From positions 8,008 to 72,007 of the forward strand of contig JALZUP010000093.1 in assembly GCA_023301505.1 (NCBI GenBank): a stretch of 64,000 bases of DNA. The letters run 5' to 3'. Shown here one piece after another: positions 28,134 to 37,422 of the stretch (positions are counted from its first letter, which is position 1; each line of letters opens with the position of its first letter). A model generated the notes under the pieces. It made no database searches. It saw only the letters and a program-made list of their open reading frames with translations, and was not told the DNA's origin. This DNA is from Robiginitomaculum sp. Its GTDB lineage: Bacteria; Pseudomonadota; Alphaproteobacteria; Caulobacterales; Maricaulaceae. Position numbers and translations under genes: made by a program.

Positions 28134-28928
28134 ATGACATCCACGCCTTCACATAAGCCTGATATTCGCAAAATCCGCAAAGATATTGACCGTGTGGATA
28201 CGGCCTTATTGGGGTTGATTGCCGAGCGATTAGAGCTTGCGGGCTTAGTGCGCGCTAGCAAATCAGGTGTTGGCGTTTGGCGGCCCTCACGCGAGGAGAG
28301 CCATGTGCGCTCGCTCGCGCAAAAGGCAGGCAATACGTCTCCCGCTCTTATCTCGCGTATTATGGCCGAACTGATGAGCGCGAGCCTCGCCATTCAAGGG
28401 CCAATGACATTGCATATTGCGCTTGAGGGCGACGCGCTCTCAACATGGTCAATGGTGCGCGACCGTTTTGGCGCGTCTATTCCGGCCCTGTCCTATCCCA
28501 CAACCAGCGCGGCCCTTTCAGCGGTTGCGAGCACGGCTGAGGCGGTGGCGGTTGTACCTGCGCCGGGCCGTATGAATAGTTGGTGGACGGCCTTAATGCA
28601 GGGCGGGGCGATGGAAGGCTTTCATATTTTATCGGCTTTGCCACGCGTTGATGCGGGTGAATGGCCGCAGGCTGTCGCTGTGGCGAGCACGCAAATGGCT
28701 CCGTCAGGCGATGACCGTAGCTTGATTGCGCTCACAGGTGATGCGCAGCAAGCCAGTTTTAAAGCTAGATTTCCTGACGCCAAATTGCGCGCAAGCTCGG
28801 CCGATCATGCGCTTTATAGTGTTGAGGGCTTTGTGGATATGGAGGCGGATATTTGGCAAAACGCGCGCCGCGCCGCGCCAAGCTTGAAGATGATTGGCGT
28901 TTTCCCAACAACATTGAAAGGCATATAA
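28134..28928 (+). CDS. AroQ-type chorismate mutase domain protein with a degenerate prephenate-dehydratase-like C-terminal region
   Basis: IRKIRKDIDRVDTALLGLIAERLELAGLV at the N-terminus. The C-terminal part (..ALEGDALS...AVASTAEAVAVVPAP) looks like a divergent PDT N-lobe. Confidence 0.6.
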   Translation: MTSTPSHKPDIRKIRKDIDRVDTALLGLIAERLELAGLVRASKSGVGVWRPSREESHVRSLAQKAGNTSPALISRIMAELMSASLAIQGPMTLHIALEGDALSTWSMVRDRFGASIPALSYPTTSAALSAVASTAEAVAVVPAPGRMNSWWTALMQGGAMEGFHILSALPRVDAGEWPQAVAVASTQMAPSGDDRSLIALTGDAQQASFKARFPDAKLRASSADHALYSVEGFVDMEADIWQNARRAAPSLKMIGVFPTTLKGI

Positions 28929-28929
28929 G

Positions 28930-29895
28930 GTGAGCCTATATTCCCATATATTGATTATTGGCTGCGGGCTAATTGGCGGCTCTATTGCGCGTGCGGCGCG
29001 CCAATATGGTCTGGCCGATAAGATCGCGATGGCGGATGCTAATGCTGATGTTGTGGCCCGCGTCAAAGCCTTAAATATCGCAGATAGTGTCAGCACGGAT
29101 GCGCGCGATCTTGCCGCGCAGGCAGACCTTATCTTGCTCTGCATCCCTGTTGGCGCGATGGGCGAGACAGCGGCTCATATTATGCCAGCGCTTAAAAAGG
29201 GCGCCGTTTTATCTGATGTTGGCTCAGTCAAGGGAGCGGTCATTGACGCTATTCGGCCTCATTTGCGCGCGGATGTGCATTTCATTCCCGGCCATCCCAT
29301 TGCGGGGACTGAAAATTCAGGCCCAGAGGCAGGCTTTGCGAGTCTGTTTAATGAGCGCTATTGCATTTTAACCCCGCCTGATTTTAATGATCCTGACTCT
29401 AATAGTCCCGATAATAATGAGCCTACCAAGCTCTCTGAGGCGGCGCTAATCTTGCAAAATTTTTGGCAAGCCATGGGCAGTATTGTCGCCGTGATGAGCG
29501 CGCAGCGCCATGATAAAGTTTTAGCCACGACATCTCATGTCCCGCATTTGCTCGCCTTCACATTGGTGAGCACGGCGGTGGATATGGAACGGGTCACCAA
29601 TAATGATGTGGTTAAATATAGCGCGGGCGGCTTTCGCGATTTCACGCGCATTGCGGCCTCTGACCCAATTATGTGGCGCGATATTTTTCTGTCTAATAAG
29701 ACGGCTGTGCTCGAAATTGTTGATCGCTATATAGAAGATTTATCCGCCATTAAGCGCGCTATTCGCTGGGATGATGGGGAACAGCTGATTGAGAAATTTT
29801 CAAAGACGCGCAATATACGCCGCGATATTATTGAAGCAGGTCAAGATATGAGCGCGGTAAATTTTGGCCGTGATGAAACCAGTAACGACCAATAA
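28930..29895 (+). CDS. tyrC: Prephenate/arogenate dehydrogenase
   Basis: ILIIGCGLIGGSIARA, DVGSVK, GHPIAGTE, HD...A..SH.PH. GTG start. Confidence 0.8.
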   Translation: MSLYSHILIIGCGLIGGSIARAARQYGLADKIAMADANADVVARVKALNIADSVSTDARDLAAQADLILLCIPVGAMGETAAHIMPALKKGAVLSDVGSVKGAVIDAIRPHLRADVHFIPGHPIAGTENSGPEAGFASLFNERYCILTPPDFNDPDSNSPDNNEPTKLSEAALILQNFWQAMGSIVAVMSAQRHDKVLATTSHVPHLLAFTLVSTAVDMERVTNNDVVKYSAGGFRDFTRIAASDPIMWRDIFLSNKTAVLEIVDRYIEDLSAIKRAIRWDDGEQLIEKFSKTRNIRRDIIEAGQDMSAVNFGRDETSNDQ

Positions 29896-29903
29896 AATAT
29901 AAT

Positions 29904-30953
29904 TTAAAACGGCAATTCTATCAGGCGAATTTTTCCCAGATAAGCAACATTATCGCGAAAGCTTAGCTTTAGGCTGCGCGTATCATTGCTTGAGCCGAGC
30001 ATCATGGTTGCTGCGAAAAATTCTTGCGAGTCAATCACTTCGGCGCGGCGTAGCTCAGCTAAAAGATCTGCGCTTTGCTCAATATTGATTGTCAGCTCGC
30101 CCTGCAGGCCTGTTACATTACGGGTAATATCCCCAAAGGCATTTATCTGCGCCTTTCCCCAGCTAATCGCGGCATTTTCAAGCGAAGCGCTCATAAGCTC
30201 TAAGGGCTGCCCATCAGGGGCTAGGCGTAGCGTATAGTCAAGATTAAGGGCGGTCTGGTCAATTGTCGCGCCCAGCCCATCGGCCAAATCGCCTAATAGC
30301 TCAGCGTCAAGCCCTATCTCGCTGGCGGTGAAATTCACGCTGCCGCGCGTTTTCCCATCTGTATAATCTAGCGCCATAGTCTCAATGGACTGCAAAGCGA
30401 TATTTTGCGCCGCGGCGTCATTTAGCGCGGTAAATTTAATCGCCTCGCCGTCTATCTGAATGTTTTTTGACCGCAAGCCGGACAGCTTTATATCCATCTG
30501 CGCAGCCTCAATTTGGATGCGGTTTGGATGGCTGCGGTTTGGCGTAGAGCCTTGAGCCGTAAAGCCTTGAGAGGGCAACGTTAAAATAGCGGATGTAATA
30601 TTGCGGATATTTTGCGCCATAGGCCAAAAGGCGCGCGCGGAAAATATCGCCTCATCAATTTCAAGCCCGTAGTTAAAGCCAAGCTGCGGATTAATGAATG
30701 TCCCGCCATGTCCCAAAGTGGCGCCATGGGGCAGGGGCGTTTTATATTGGACGATTTTTAGCTGTTTGAGCGGGGTTTTAAACTGGCTCGGAAATCCAGA
30801 AATTTTGGGCGTCTCTAACCTTATATCCAGCCCGTCTTGATGCATCTGTTCAAAGGCAGGCATCAGCCGAGACGGCACCAGCAAGCAGATCGCGAACCAG
30901 TAAATACAATAGAGCGAGATGAGGCAAATAGCGCTGATGATAAGCTTTTTCAT
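29904..30953 (-). CDS. Membrane-anchored hypothetical protein, probably DUF2125 family
   Basis: An N-terminal TM segment, beta-rich composition, and an alphaproteobacterial context downstream of ftsEX. The family call is from memory only. Confidence 0.45.
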   Translation of the reverse strand: MKKLIISAICLISLYCIYWFAICLLVPSRLMPAFEQMHQDGLDIRLETPKISGFPSQFKTPLKQLKIVQYKTPLPHGATLGHGGTFINPQLGFNYGLEIDEAIFSARAFWPMAQNIRNITSAILTLPSQGFTAQGSTPNRSHPNRIQIEAAQMDIKLSGLRSKNIQIDGEAIKFTALNDAAAQNIALQSIETMALDYTDGKTRGSVNFTASEIGLDAELLGDLADGLGATIDQTALNLDYTLRLAPDGQPLELMSASLENAAISWGKAQINAFGDITRNVTGLQGELTINIEQSADLLAELRRAEVIDSQEFFAATMMLGSSNDTRSLKLSFRDNVAYLGKIRLIELPF

Positions 30954-30972
30954 AATATTATCTTTATGGGGG

Positions 30973-31743
30973 CTATTCTTTAAAAGTATTTTCTGGAGAA
31001 ATATTCTCTGGTGAAGAATTGTCAGGCGCGTCTTTAGGAGGAAGAGGCCCCGTCACGGTTGGCGCTTCCTGAGCCTTTTTCATAATATCGCTTGGCGCGG
31101 GCACGGGCTGGGGCGGAAAGTTGGGCCTATCTCCCATGCGCGAGGCAAAGGTGACCAGCAGTTTTCCATATTCTTTGGCTAATATTTGCAGGCGAGATTT
31201 ATCACGCCATAAAGGCAGACTTTGACCAGAGGAGACGCGGCTAGAGGATACGGGATAAGGGGTGATGCGAATCCCGCCTGTTGCCGCGCTAATTTCCAGT
31301 TCGGCGCGTGGCATATGATAATCTGAGGTGACAAGAATAATATGCTCATAACCTAGCGCGTTGACCCAGCTTGCTGTTTCGCGCGCATTTTCAACTGTAT
31401 CTTGGGCGATATAATCTAAATCAACACAGCAGGTGAGCCGTGTTTCTGGCACGCCTAAAAATGTCTGAATATTGTCTGCGCTGACATCTTTGTGGATACC
31501 GCTGACGAAAAGCCGCTCTGCAGAACCTGCGGCAAAAACCTGCCCTGCTGTTTCAAGTCTATTTCCATCTCCCGTTAGCACGACAATGCCGTCGGCGGCG
31601 GGCATATTGACGGGCGGGGCGGCGCGGCTGACATGATATAAAAAGGCTAGATAGCCACAGAGTAAAAGCGCCAGCGCGAAAATCAGTAAAAACCGAATTA
31701 AACCGGCAAGGCTCAGTAATTTATTTTTACGCGCCGCGCTCAT
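30973..31743 (-). CDS. DUF218 (YdcF/ElyC/SanA-like) protein
   Basis: GIVVLTGDGNRL, LFVSG, ILVTSDYHMPRA. ATGA overlap with ftsX. Confidence 0.75.
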   Translation of the reverse strand: MSAARKNKLLSLAGLIRFLLIFALALLLCGYLAFLYHVSRAAPPVNMPAADGIVVLTGDGNRLETAGQVFAAGSAERLFVSGIHKDVSADNIQTFLGVPETRLTCCVDLDYIAQDTVENARETASWVNALGYEHIILVTSDYHMPRAELEISAATGGIRITPYPVSSSRVSSGQSLPLWRDKSRLQILAKEYGKLLVTFASRMGDRPNFPPQPVPAPSDIMKKAQEAPTVTGPLPPKDAPDNSSPENISPENTFKE

Positions 31744-32696
31744 TGCCAGCCTTCGCGTTTTAGGGTTTTAAGAACCGTGCGGCGCGCGGATAGGGCGCAA
31801 ACTATAGCGGCAATAAAGGGCGCTAAGCTGAGCATAAGCAGGTCAAACATTGTCAGGTTTAAACCCGGCATAAGCTCGGAGCTTCCTTTGCCGCTAATGA
31901 GCCAAAATATGAGCGCTAAAAATCCCGCCAGTAGCGCGCCTGAAACTCCCGCTTTCAGGCCAATCCATGCAAACCGCGTGGTAAACAGGCGGGCAATATA
32001 TGTGTCCGTCGCGCCGACTTTTGACAAGACATCAATGATTGTGCGCCGCGCGGTTAAGCCAGACTGGGTGGCAAAACCTGCCGTGGCAATTGCGGCGCAG
32101 ACCAATAAAATAAGCGCGGTGAGGGCAATAAGCTGCGCGGCGCGTGAGGTTTGCGCAATGTCTTTGCTCCAGCGTCTATGATCATCAAGCTGTGCGACAA
32201 TGCCGGCCTGCTGAAGCTGGCTTTCAATTAACGCGCCGTCAATTTGGCCAGCTTGTCTAAGCTCAATGTCAATTAAGGTTGGAACAGGCAGCTCTTCGGG
32301 CAGCGCAATATTGCCCAGCCATGGCTGTAGCAAGGCAAAGGCCTTATCGTCATCAATGTGCTCCGCGCGGCGAATATCTGGCGTCTGGCGCAGGATAGAT
32401 AAAGCGCGCTCTATATCGCTCTCCGATATGTCGCCATTGGAGCCTGGCATGATTTGAAGCGTGGAGGTCCCCGTTAAATCGGCGCTCCAATCGCTTGCCG
32501 CGCGGTAGCTAACATGGGTGGCGATGGCGGCCAGACAGGCTAAAAAAACCATGATCATCATGACAAAAAAGAGCGGCCTGTCTGCATGAGGCTGATTAGG
32601 TAAAAGGCTGGCGGCGGGGAGCGGCGGCGCGGCGGCCTCATTTGCGTCATCGCGCGGCACGCTCATATTAGGCGGGGTGTGAGGGGCTTGGCTCAT
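31740..32696 (-). CDS. ftsX: Cell division ABC transporter permease FtsX
   Basis: Four TM segments with a large periplasmic loop. It is translationally coupled to ftsE (TAATG overlap). Confidence 0.8.
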   Translation of the reverse strand: MSQAPHTPPNMSVPRDDANEAAAPPLPAASLLPNQPHADRPLFFVMMIMVFLACLAAIATHVSYRAASDWSADLTGTSTLQIMPGSNGDISESDIERALSILRQTPDIRRAEHIDDDKAFALLQPWLGNIALPEELPVPTLIDIELRQAGQIDGALIESQLQQAGIVAQLDDHRRWSKDIAQTSRAAQLIALTALILLVCAAIATAGFATQSGLTARRTIIDVLSKVGATDTYIARLFTTRFAWIGLKAGVSGALLAGFLALIFWLISGKGSSELMPGLNLTMFDLLMLSLAPFIAAIVCALSARRTVLKTLKREGWQ

Positions 32697-33514
32697 TACT
32701 TTTCTTCCGCAATAGATGTGGGCGAAAAGGTGCTGGAGAGAGGCGCGCTCGCTTTAAGGCTGGCAGACATGGCAGGCGTGGCGGCAAGCTTATGGCGATG
32801 TATCACACCATTTTCCAGATGCAGGCGCGCATGGCCTGCGGGGATGAGATTGAGATCATGTGTGGCAATTAAAATGGTTGTTCCCAGCCTGTTCATTTCG
32901 CCGAACAGTTTGATAAGCCGCGCGCCCATTTCGGGGTCAACATTGGCTGTTGGTTCATCGGCTAAAAGCAGATCAGGTTTAGCGATGACGGCGCGGGCAA
33001 TGGCGGCGCGCTGTTTTTCTCCGCCCGATAATGTTGGAGGCAAGGCATGCATACGCTGGCCAAGGCCGACCCAATTAAGAAGCTCGGCGACATCGGCCTG
33101 ATAATCTTTGTGTTTAACCCCGCTCACGCGCAAGGGCAGGGCGACATTTTCAAATAAGCTAATATGGTTGATGAGCGCAAAGTCTTGCAGCACCAAGCCG
33201 ATACGGCGGCGATAATGAGGCACTAGATCGCCTTTGATTAAGGCTGTGTCGCGGTCAAATAGGGTAATCAATCCGCGCGAGGGGCGCTGCTGCATATATA
33301 TCAGTTTTAAAAGGCTGGATTTACCTGCGCCAGAGGCCCCCGTTAAAAAGCTCATAGAGCTATGGGGCAAGGAGAGGTTAATATCGCGCAGCACTTCCTG
33401 CCCGCGTCCATAGCGCATAGCGACGCGAGAAAAGGATAGCACATCAGGGCTAGGCTGCACGCTAGAGGGTTGATCTGCGCGAAATGATGATTGTGTTGAT
33501 GAAGCATTTGTCAC
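32696..33514 (-). CDS. ftsE: Cell division ATP-binding protein FtsE
   Basis: Walker A GASGAGKSS, signature LSGGEKQR, Walker B LLLADEPT. GTG start with an N-terminal extension. Confidence 0.9.
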   Translation of the reverse strand: MTNASSTQSSFRADQPSSVQPSPDVLSFSRVAMRYGRGQEVLRDINLSLPHSSMSFLTGASGAGKSSLLKLIYMQQRPSRGLITLFDRDTALIKGDLVPHYRRRIGLVLQDFALINHISLFENVALPLRVSGVKHKDYQADVAELLNWVGLGQRMHALPPTLSGGEKQRAAIARAVIAKPDLLLADEPTANVDPEMGARLIKLFGEMNRLGTTILIATHDLNLIPAGHARLHLENGVIHRHKLAATPAMSASLKASAPLSSTFSPTSIAEEK

Positions 33515-33588
33515 GGGGTGGACTTTGCCAAAGAATTTGGCACATTACCACTGATAAAACACCTTATACAAAATCGATTCGAGTTTGA

Positions 33589-34446
33589 ATGATCCTGACC
33601 TGCCCAAATTGCGCCACGCGTTATCTGACGACGCCAGAAGATATCGGCCCCAAGGGACGTACAGTGCGCTGTTCGTCTTGTCAGACCAGTTGGTATGTTA
33701 AAGCCGAAGCAGATATTTTAGATCTCGCTGATCAAGAAAGTTCAGATCCCAATAAAAGTCCAGTTCCCAATAAAGTCTCCAATAAAATTTCGGTGCCGCA
33801 GCCCTCTCTAACGGCGAAACAGGGCACGGCAAAACAGGGCAAAGTGAGCGCGCAGGCTGGAATAGAAGCGGCCGCGCAAATACGTGATAAAACATATCGC
33901 AAACGTGCCGCGCGCCGCATGATGGGTGTGGGGTTATTATGGGGCACAACATTGGCGATTTTAGGCCTTGGCGCAGGCGCGGCTTATTATTTGCGCCAGC
34001 CCATCGTGCAAAAATATCCCGCCGCCGCGACTCTCTATAAGGGCTTTGGCGTGCAGGTGGCGCAAAATGGTCTTATCCTTGAAAGTGTAACGGTCAATTC
34101 GGCCTATATTGAAGGTGTGCCGACTGTGCTTGTAGAGGGGGAGCTGAGCAATATTGACCGGGTCTCTCGTCTTGCAGGCCCGATCTATTTTGACATGCTT
34201 GATGTTGCAGGGCAAAGCCTCGCCAGCTGGACTTATGAGGCTGAGACGGGCCCGATTGAGCCCGCAAGCTCGCTTAGCTTTGTTGATCAATATGCGAACC
34301 CGCCCATTGATGCTGTGCGGTTACGTTATGGCTTATCGACTTATGAAGCCCCTGATTTGGATTCTGATTCAGAGCTGGGTTCTGTTTCTGATTCAGATTT
34401 GGATTCAGAGCTGGCGCTCACCCCGCTTGCGCCCCTACCGAGATAA
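33589..34446 (+). CDS. MJ0042-type zinc-ribbon protein with a TM segment and a DUF3426-like C-terminal domain
   Basis: MILTCPNCATRYL....VRCSSCQTSW. It has a single TM segment and is divergent from ftsEX. Confidence 0.7.
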   Translation: MILTCPNCATRYLTTPEDIGPKGRTVRCSSCQTSWYVKAEADILDLADQESSDPNKSPVPNKVSNKISVPQPSLTAKQGTAKQGKVSAQAGIEAAAQIRDKTYRKRAARRMMGVGLLWGTTLAILGLGAGAAYYLRQPIVQKYPAAATLYKGFGVQVAQNGLILESVTVNSAYIEGVPTVLVEGELSNIDRVSRLAGPIYFDMLDVAGQSLASWTYEAETGPIEPASSLSFVDQYANPPIDAVRLRYGLSTYEAPDLDSDSELGSVSDSDLDSELALTPLAPLPR

Positions 34447-34455
34447 ATTACCAAC

Positions 34456-34506
34456 CTAAAAACGCCCCTGATTAAAAGCGTTCCCTGACTAAAAGCGTTC
34501 TAAGAG
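34456..34506. repeat. 17-bp x3 tandem units that repeat the last codons plus stop of the minus-strand 940-aa gene
   Basis: On the minus strand the units read ctcttagaacgctttta | gtcagggaacgctttta | atcaggggcgtttttag. The first unit is inside the CDS (..LLERF*). Confidence 0.8.
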
Positions 34507-37311
34507 GCGTTCAAGATAGTTCAGCTCTTCGCTATCGCGCTCTTGTTCGCTGGCGCGGCGGCGTAAATCTTCGATAAGCTCGCGGGCGCGCTGGCGGTCT
34601 GATTTAAACGGCACATCAGTCTCGCCCTCGCCAATGCCTTGGCCTGTCTCCTCGCCGTCACGGCCAAAGGGGTCATTGCCCGCTTGTTCTGCGTCTCCGC
34701 TTTGCTCGCCGCCGTCAATATTGGCCTGAGAAATAAGGCTCTCAGCCGCGCGCCGAAGCGCCGCAATTGCCTCGCGCTGGGCTTCATCGGCAAGAGCAAA
34801 ATCTTGATTAGCCAAAGCGTCTTCAGACTGCTCCATAGCATTGCGCGCCGCTTCTAAAGCTTCTTCGGGGGAGAGGGCTTGTCCGCCTTCACCTGTCTCG
34901 CCGTCCTCTTCGCCGCCACCGCCCGCTGCGCCTTGCTCATTTTCGGCTTGCTCACCGCCGCCTGCTGCGCCTTGCTCATCGGATGGCTCACCAGATGACC
35001 CGTTGCCGCGGCTAGAGAGGTCAGTATCCCCCTCGCGCAGGGCTTGCTCAAGTGCGTTTAGAGCATCTTCAAGCGCGCCTTGATCGCGGGCGAGCTGTTG
35101 GCCGTCGCGTGCCTCAGAATCTGCGCCAGACTGATTACCCGCTTGCTGACCTGATTGTTGGCCTGATCGCTGTCCAGATTGTTGACCAGATTGCTCGCCT
35201 GCCTGATCTCCTGCTTGATCCCCTGATTGTTCACCTTGCTCTTCGGCTTCTTCTTCTTGCTCACGAAGCGCGTCACGGGTTTCATCATTAAGCTCTCTTT
35301 GGCGGCCAAGCGTATCAGCAAGGTCTTCAATCGCTTCTTTGACATCTTCTGAGAGGCCATCTTGGTTGATGCTCTCCCCGCCTTCGCCCGGCGCGCCTTG
35401 GGTGAGCTGAATTTGCATATTTTCCAAAAACTCAGCCAATTGCGCCAGAGCGCGCCGCGCCCCTTCCGTATCGCCAAGGCGGTTTGCCTCTTCAATCGCA
35501 TCAAGCAGAGCTTGGATTTCGTCTATATTGCGTCCTTCGCCGCCGCCTTCGCCTGATTGCTGGGCTTGCTGCCCGCTTTCAAGCGCTTGCTGCATCAAAT
35601 ATTCCATATAGCGATCAACGGCGTCATTATAACGTTCAAAAAGCGTATCAATTTCGCGTTTGCGCGCGCGCCGCGCAATGGCGGAATTCAGCGCAGCTTC
35701 GGCGGCTTGCATCGCCTCACGCGCATTGCCCAGCGGGCCAAATTCCGCGCGCATCGCAATCAGCCATAAATCTTCTGGCGCGTCGTTAAGATCGTCAATT
35801 TCGCGGGCGATCTGCACGCGCGTTTGCACATTTTTAAGTCCCATATAAACAACAGGGTCTTTGAATGCGCCAATAGGACTATCGGATATGGCGTCGAGTA
35901 AAATAGCGGCGCGCTGTACGGGTTCAGGTGCGCGGCCAATACGCTCTTCGGGGAGAATATGGGTTAAATTTTCCGCGCTATTACGCTCCAGCCCTGCTGG
36001 AACGGATTTATAAGGCGCGCCTTTAGCGGAGAGCAGAAGCTGGCGGTTTTCAATGATAGCTTTCGCAAGCGGGTCGATAAAAATTTTATCTGGCACAATA
36101 AGCTCTTCATAATCTGAATAGCCCTCTTGGCCTTTGGCATCTATGGCCACCAGACGCGCGCGGGCTTTCTTTCCAGCCCAAACATGTTTGGTCAAATTCA
36201 TCTGTACCCCATTAGCCTCAGCGCTGCGCACAAGGGCGGCGGGCAGATCAACAGGGATGCGCTCGCGAGGGGGATTTACATTATCTTCTTGGTCTTGGAC
36301 AAGCTGCAATTCTAAGGCCATTGCATTTGCGCCGTAATCATCGGTGAGATTATATGAAAAATTAAGCTGATCACGCGTGCCAGCCGCAGGCGGCTCTTCC
36401 CAGCTAATGATCGGGGCGGCGTCTTTTTTGATGACCATGTCCCAATCTTGAACCTGACTGCCCAAACGCCAGCGCGCGGTAATCTCGCTCTCACGGCTCT
36501 TAGATTGTAAAATTGTGCGCGCTTCAAAACTTTGCGGGCCAAGGCGCTCTACAGCCACATAGCGCGTGCGCCCATCTTGGATGATGCGCAGGCGCGGGGC
36601 ATTATCCACGCCAGATATACGCGTGACCAGCTCAGAGCCTTCGGGGGCAGTGATAAGGGCTTTGCCTTTAAAATAAACGGGCGGGCGGCCTGTATAATCT
36701 GGCGGGTCAATCCAAGCGTCATATTTGGCATTGCTGGCCTTAATGCCCGATTGCCAGCTAGGCGAGAGCGATTGACGCAAGCGCTCAAAACTATCGCCTG
36801 TTCCTAGCATGAAGCCCAATATGAGCATGGCAGGCGCGGCAAAGCGTAAATAAAATTTGTCGATAGGCGCAATGACCGCGCGCAGGCGAGAGGGCGAGGC
36901 GCTGGCGGCCTGCGCGGCTGCGCGGCGGCTATGCTCATCCCATAGATTAAGGTCAACTTGCCCTGTCTGGGCGGCGGCGTCGGTGACGGTGTCAAAGGGG
37001 CGGTGATCTAAAAAACTATCACGCTCCACGCGGCGTCTGGCCTGCATTTGGGTGGGGGCATTGATTTTGCGCGCGCGCCAAATGGCGCGGCCAATAAGGA
37101 CGAGGCTGGCAATGAGCGCGATAAGCCGCCAAGGATCGCCAATGCGCTCCCATAGCCCTGCAAAACTCCCCGCAACAAAAACCATCACTGCACAGATAGA
37201 CAGCGCAAAAACCGGCGCATATTGCTCCCAAAATAAATGGGCGCGCGCGCGCTTTGTCAGGCGAGCAATACGCTTAAGCAAGCTATCATTATGTGGCGCG
37301 TGATTATCCAT
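34489..37311 (-). CDS. Alphaproteobacterial TIGR02302/DUF4175-type membrane protein with a long acidic low-complexity C-terminal region
   Basis: N-terminal TM segments, 940 aa, and a GEQSGDQAGDQAGEQSGQQSGQRSGQQSGQQAGNQSG tract. The family assignment is from memory. Confidence 0.6.
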   Translation of the reverse strand: MDNHAPHNDSLLKRIARLTKRARAHLFWEQYAPVFALSICAVMVFVAGSFAGLWERIGDPWRLIALIASLVLIGRAIWRARKINAPTQMQARRRVERDSFLDHRPFDTVTDAAAQTGQVDLNLWDEHSRRAAAQAASASPSRLRAVIAPIDKFYLRFAAPAMLILGFMLGTGDSFERLRQSLSPSWQSGIKASNAKYDAWIDPPDYTGRPPVYFKGKALITAPEGSELVTRISGVDNAPRLRIIQDGRTRYVAVERLGPQSFEARTILQSKSRESEITARWRLGSQVQDWDMVIKKDAAPIISWEEPPAAGTRDQLNFSYNLTDDYGANAMALELQLVQDQEDNVNPPRERIPVDLPAALVRSAEANGVQMNLTKHVWAGKKARARLVAIDAKGQEGYSDYEELIVPDKIFIDPLAKAIIENRQLLLSAKGAPYKSVPAGLERNSAENLTHILPEERIGRAPEPVQRAAILLDAISDSPIGAFKDPVVYMGLKNVQTRVQIAREIDDLNDAPEDLWLIAMRAEFGPLGNAREAMQAAEAALNSAIARRARKREIDTLFERYNDAVDRYMEYLMQQALESGQQAQQSGEGGGEGRNIDEIQALLDAIEEANRLGDTEGARRALAQLAEFLENMQIQLTQGAPGEGGESINQDGLSEDVKEAIEDLADTLGRQRELNDETRDALREQEEEAEEQGEQSGDQAGDQAGEQSGQQSGQRSGQQSGQQAGNQSGADSEARDGQQLARDQGALEDALNALEQALREGDTDLSSRGNGSSGEPSDEQGAAGGGEQAENEQGAAGGGGEEDGETGEGGQALSPEEALEAARNAMEQSEDALANQDFALADEAQREAIAALRRAAESLISQANIDGGEQSGDAEQAGNDPFGRDGEETGQGIGEGETDVPFKSDRQRARELIEDLRRRASEQERDSEELNYLERLLERF

Positions 37312-37422
37312 TGCCTCACTATAGGCACAAAACTAGTTAAGGGATATGCGGCAATTACATAAAACTGCTAACTTTTTTGTTAGACAGGAGTGGTTCAATC
37401 TCGTTTTGCCTCGCTTAGGGAG

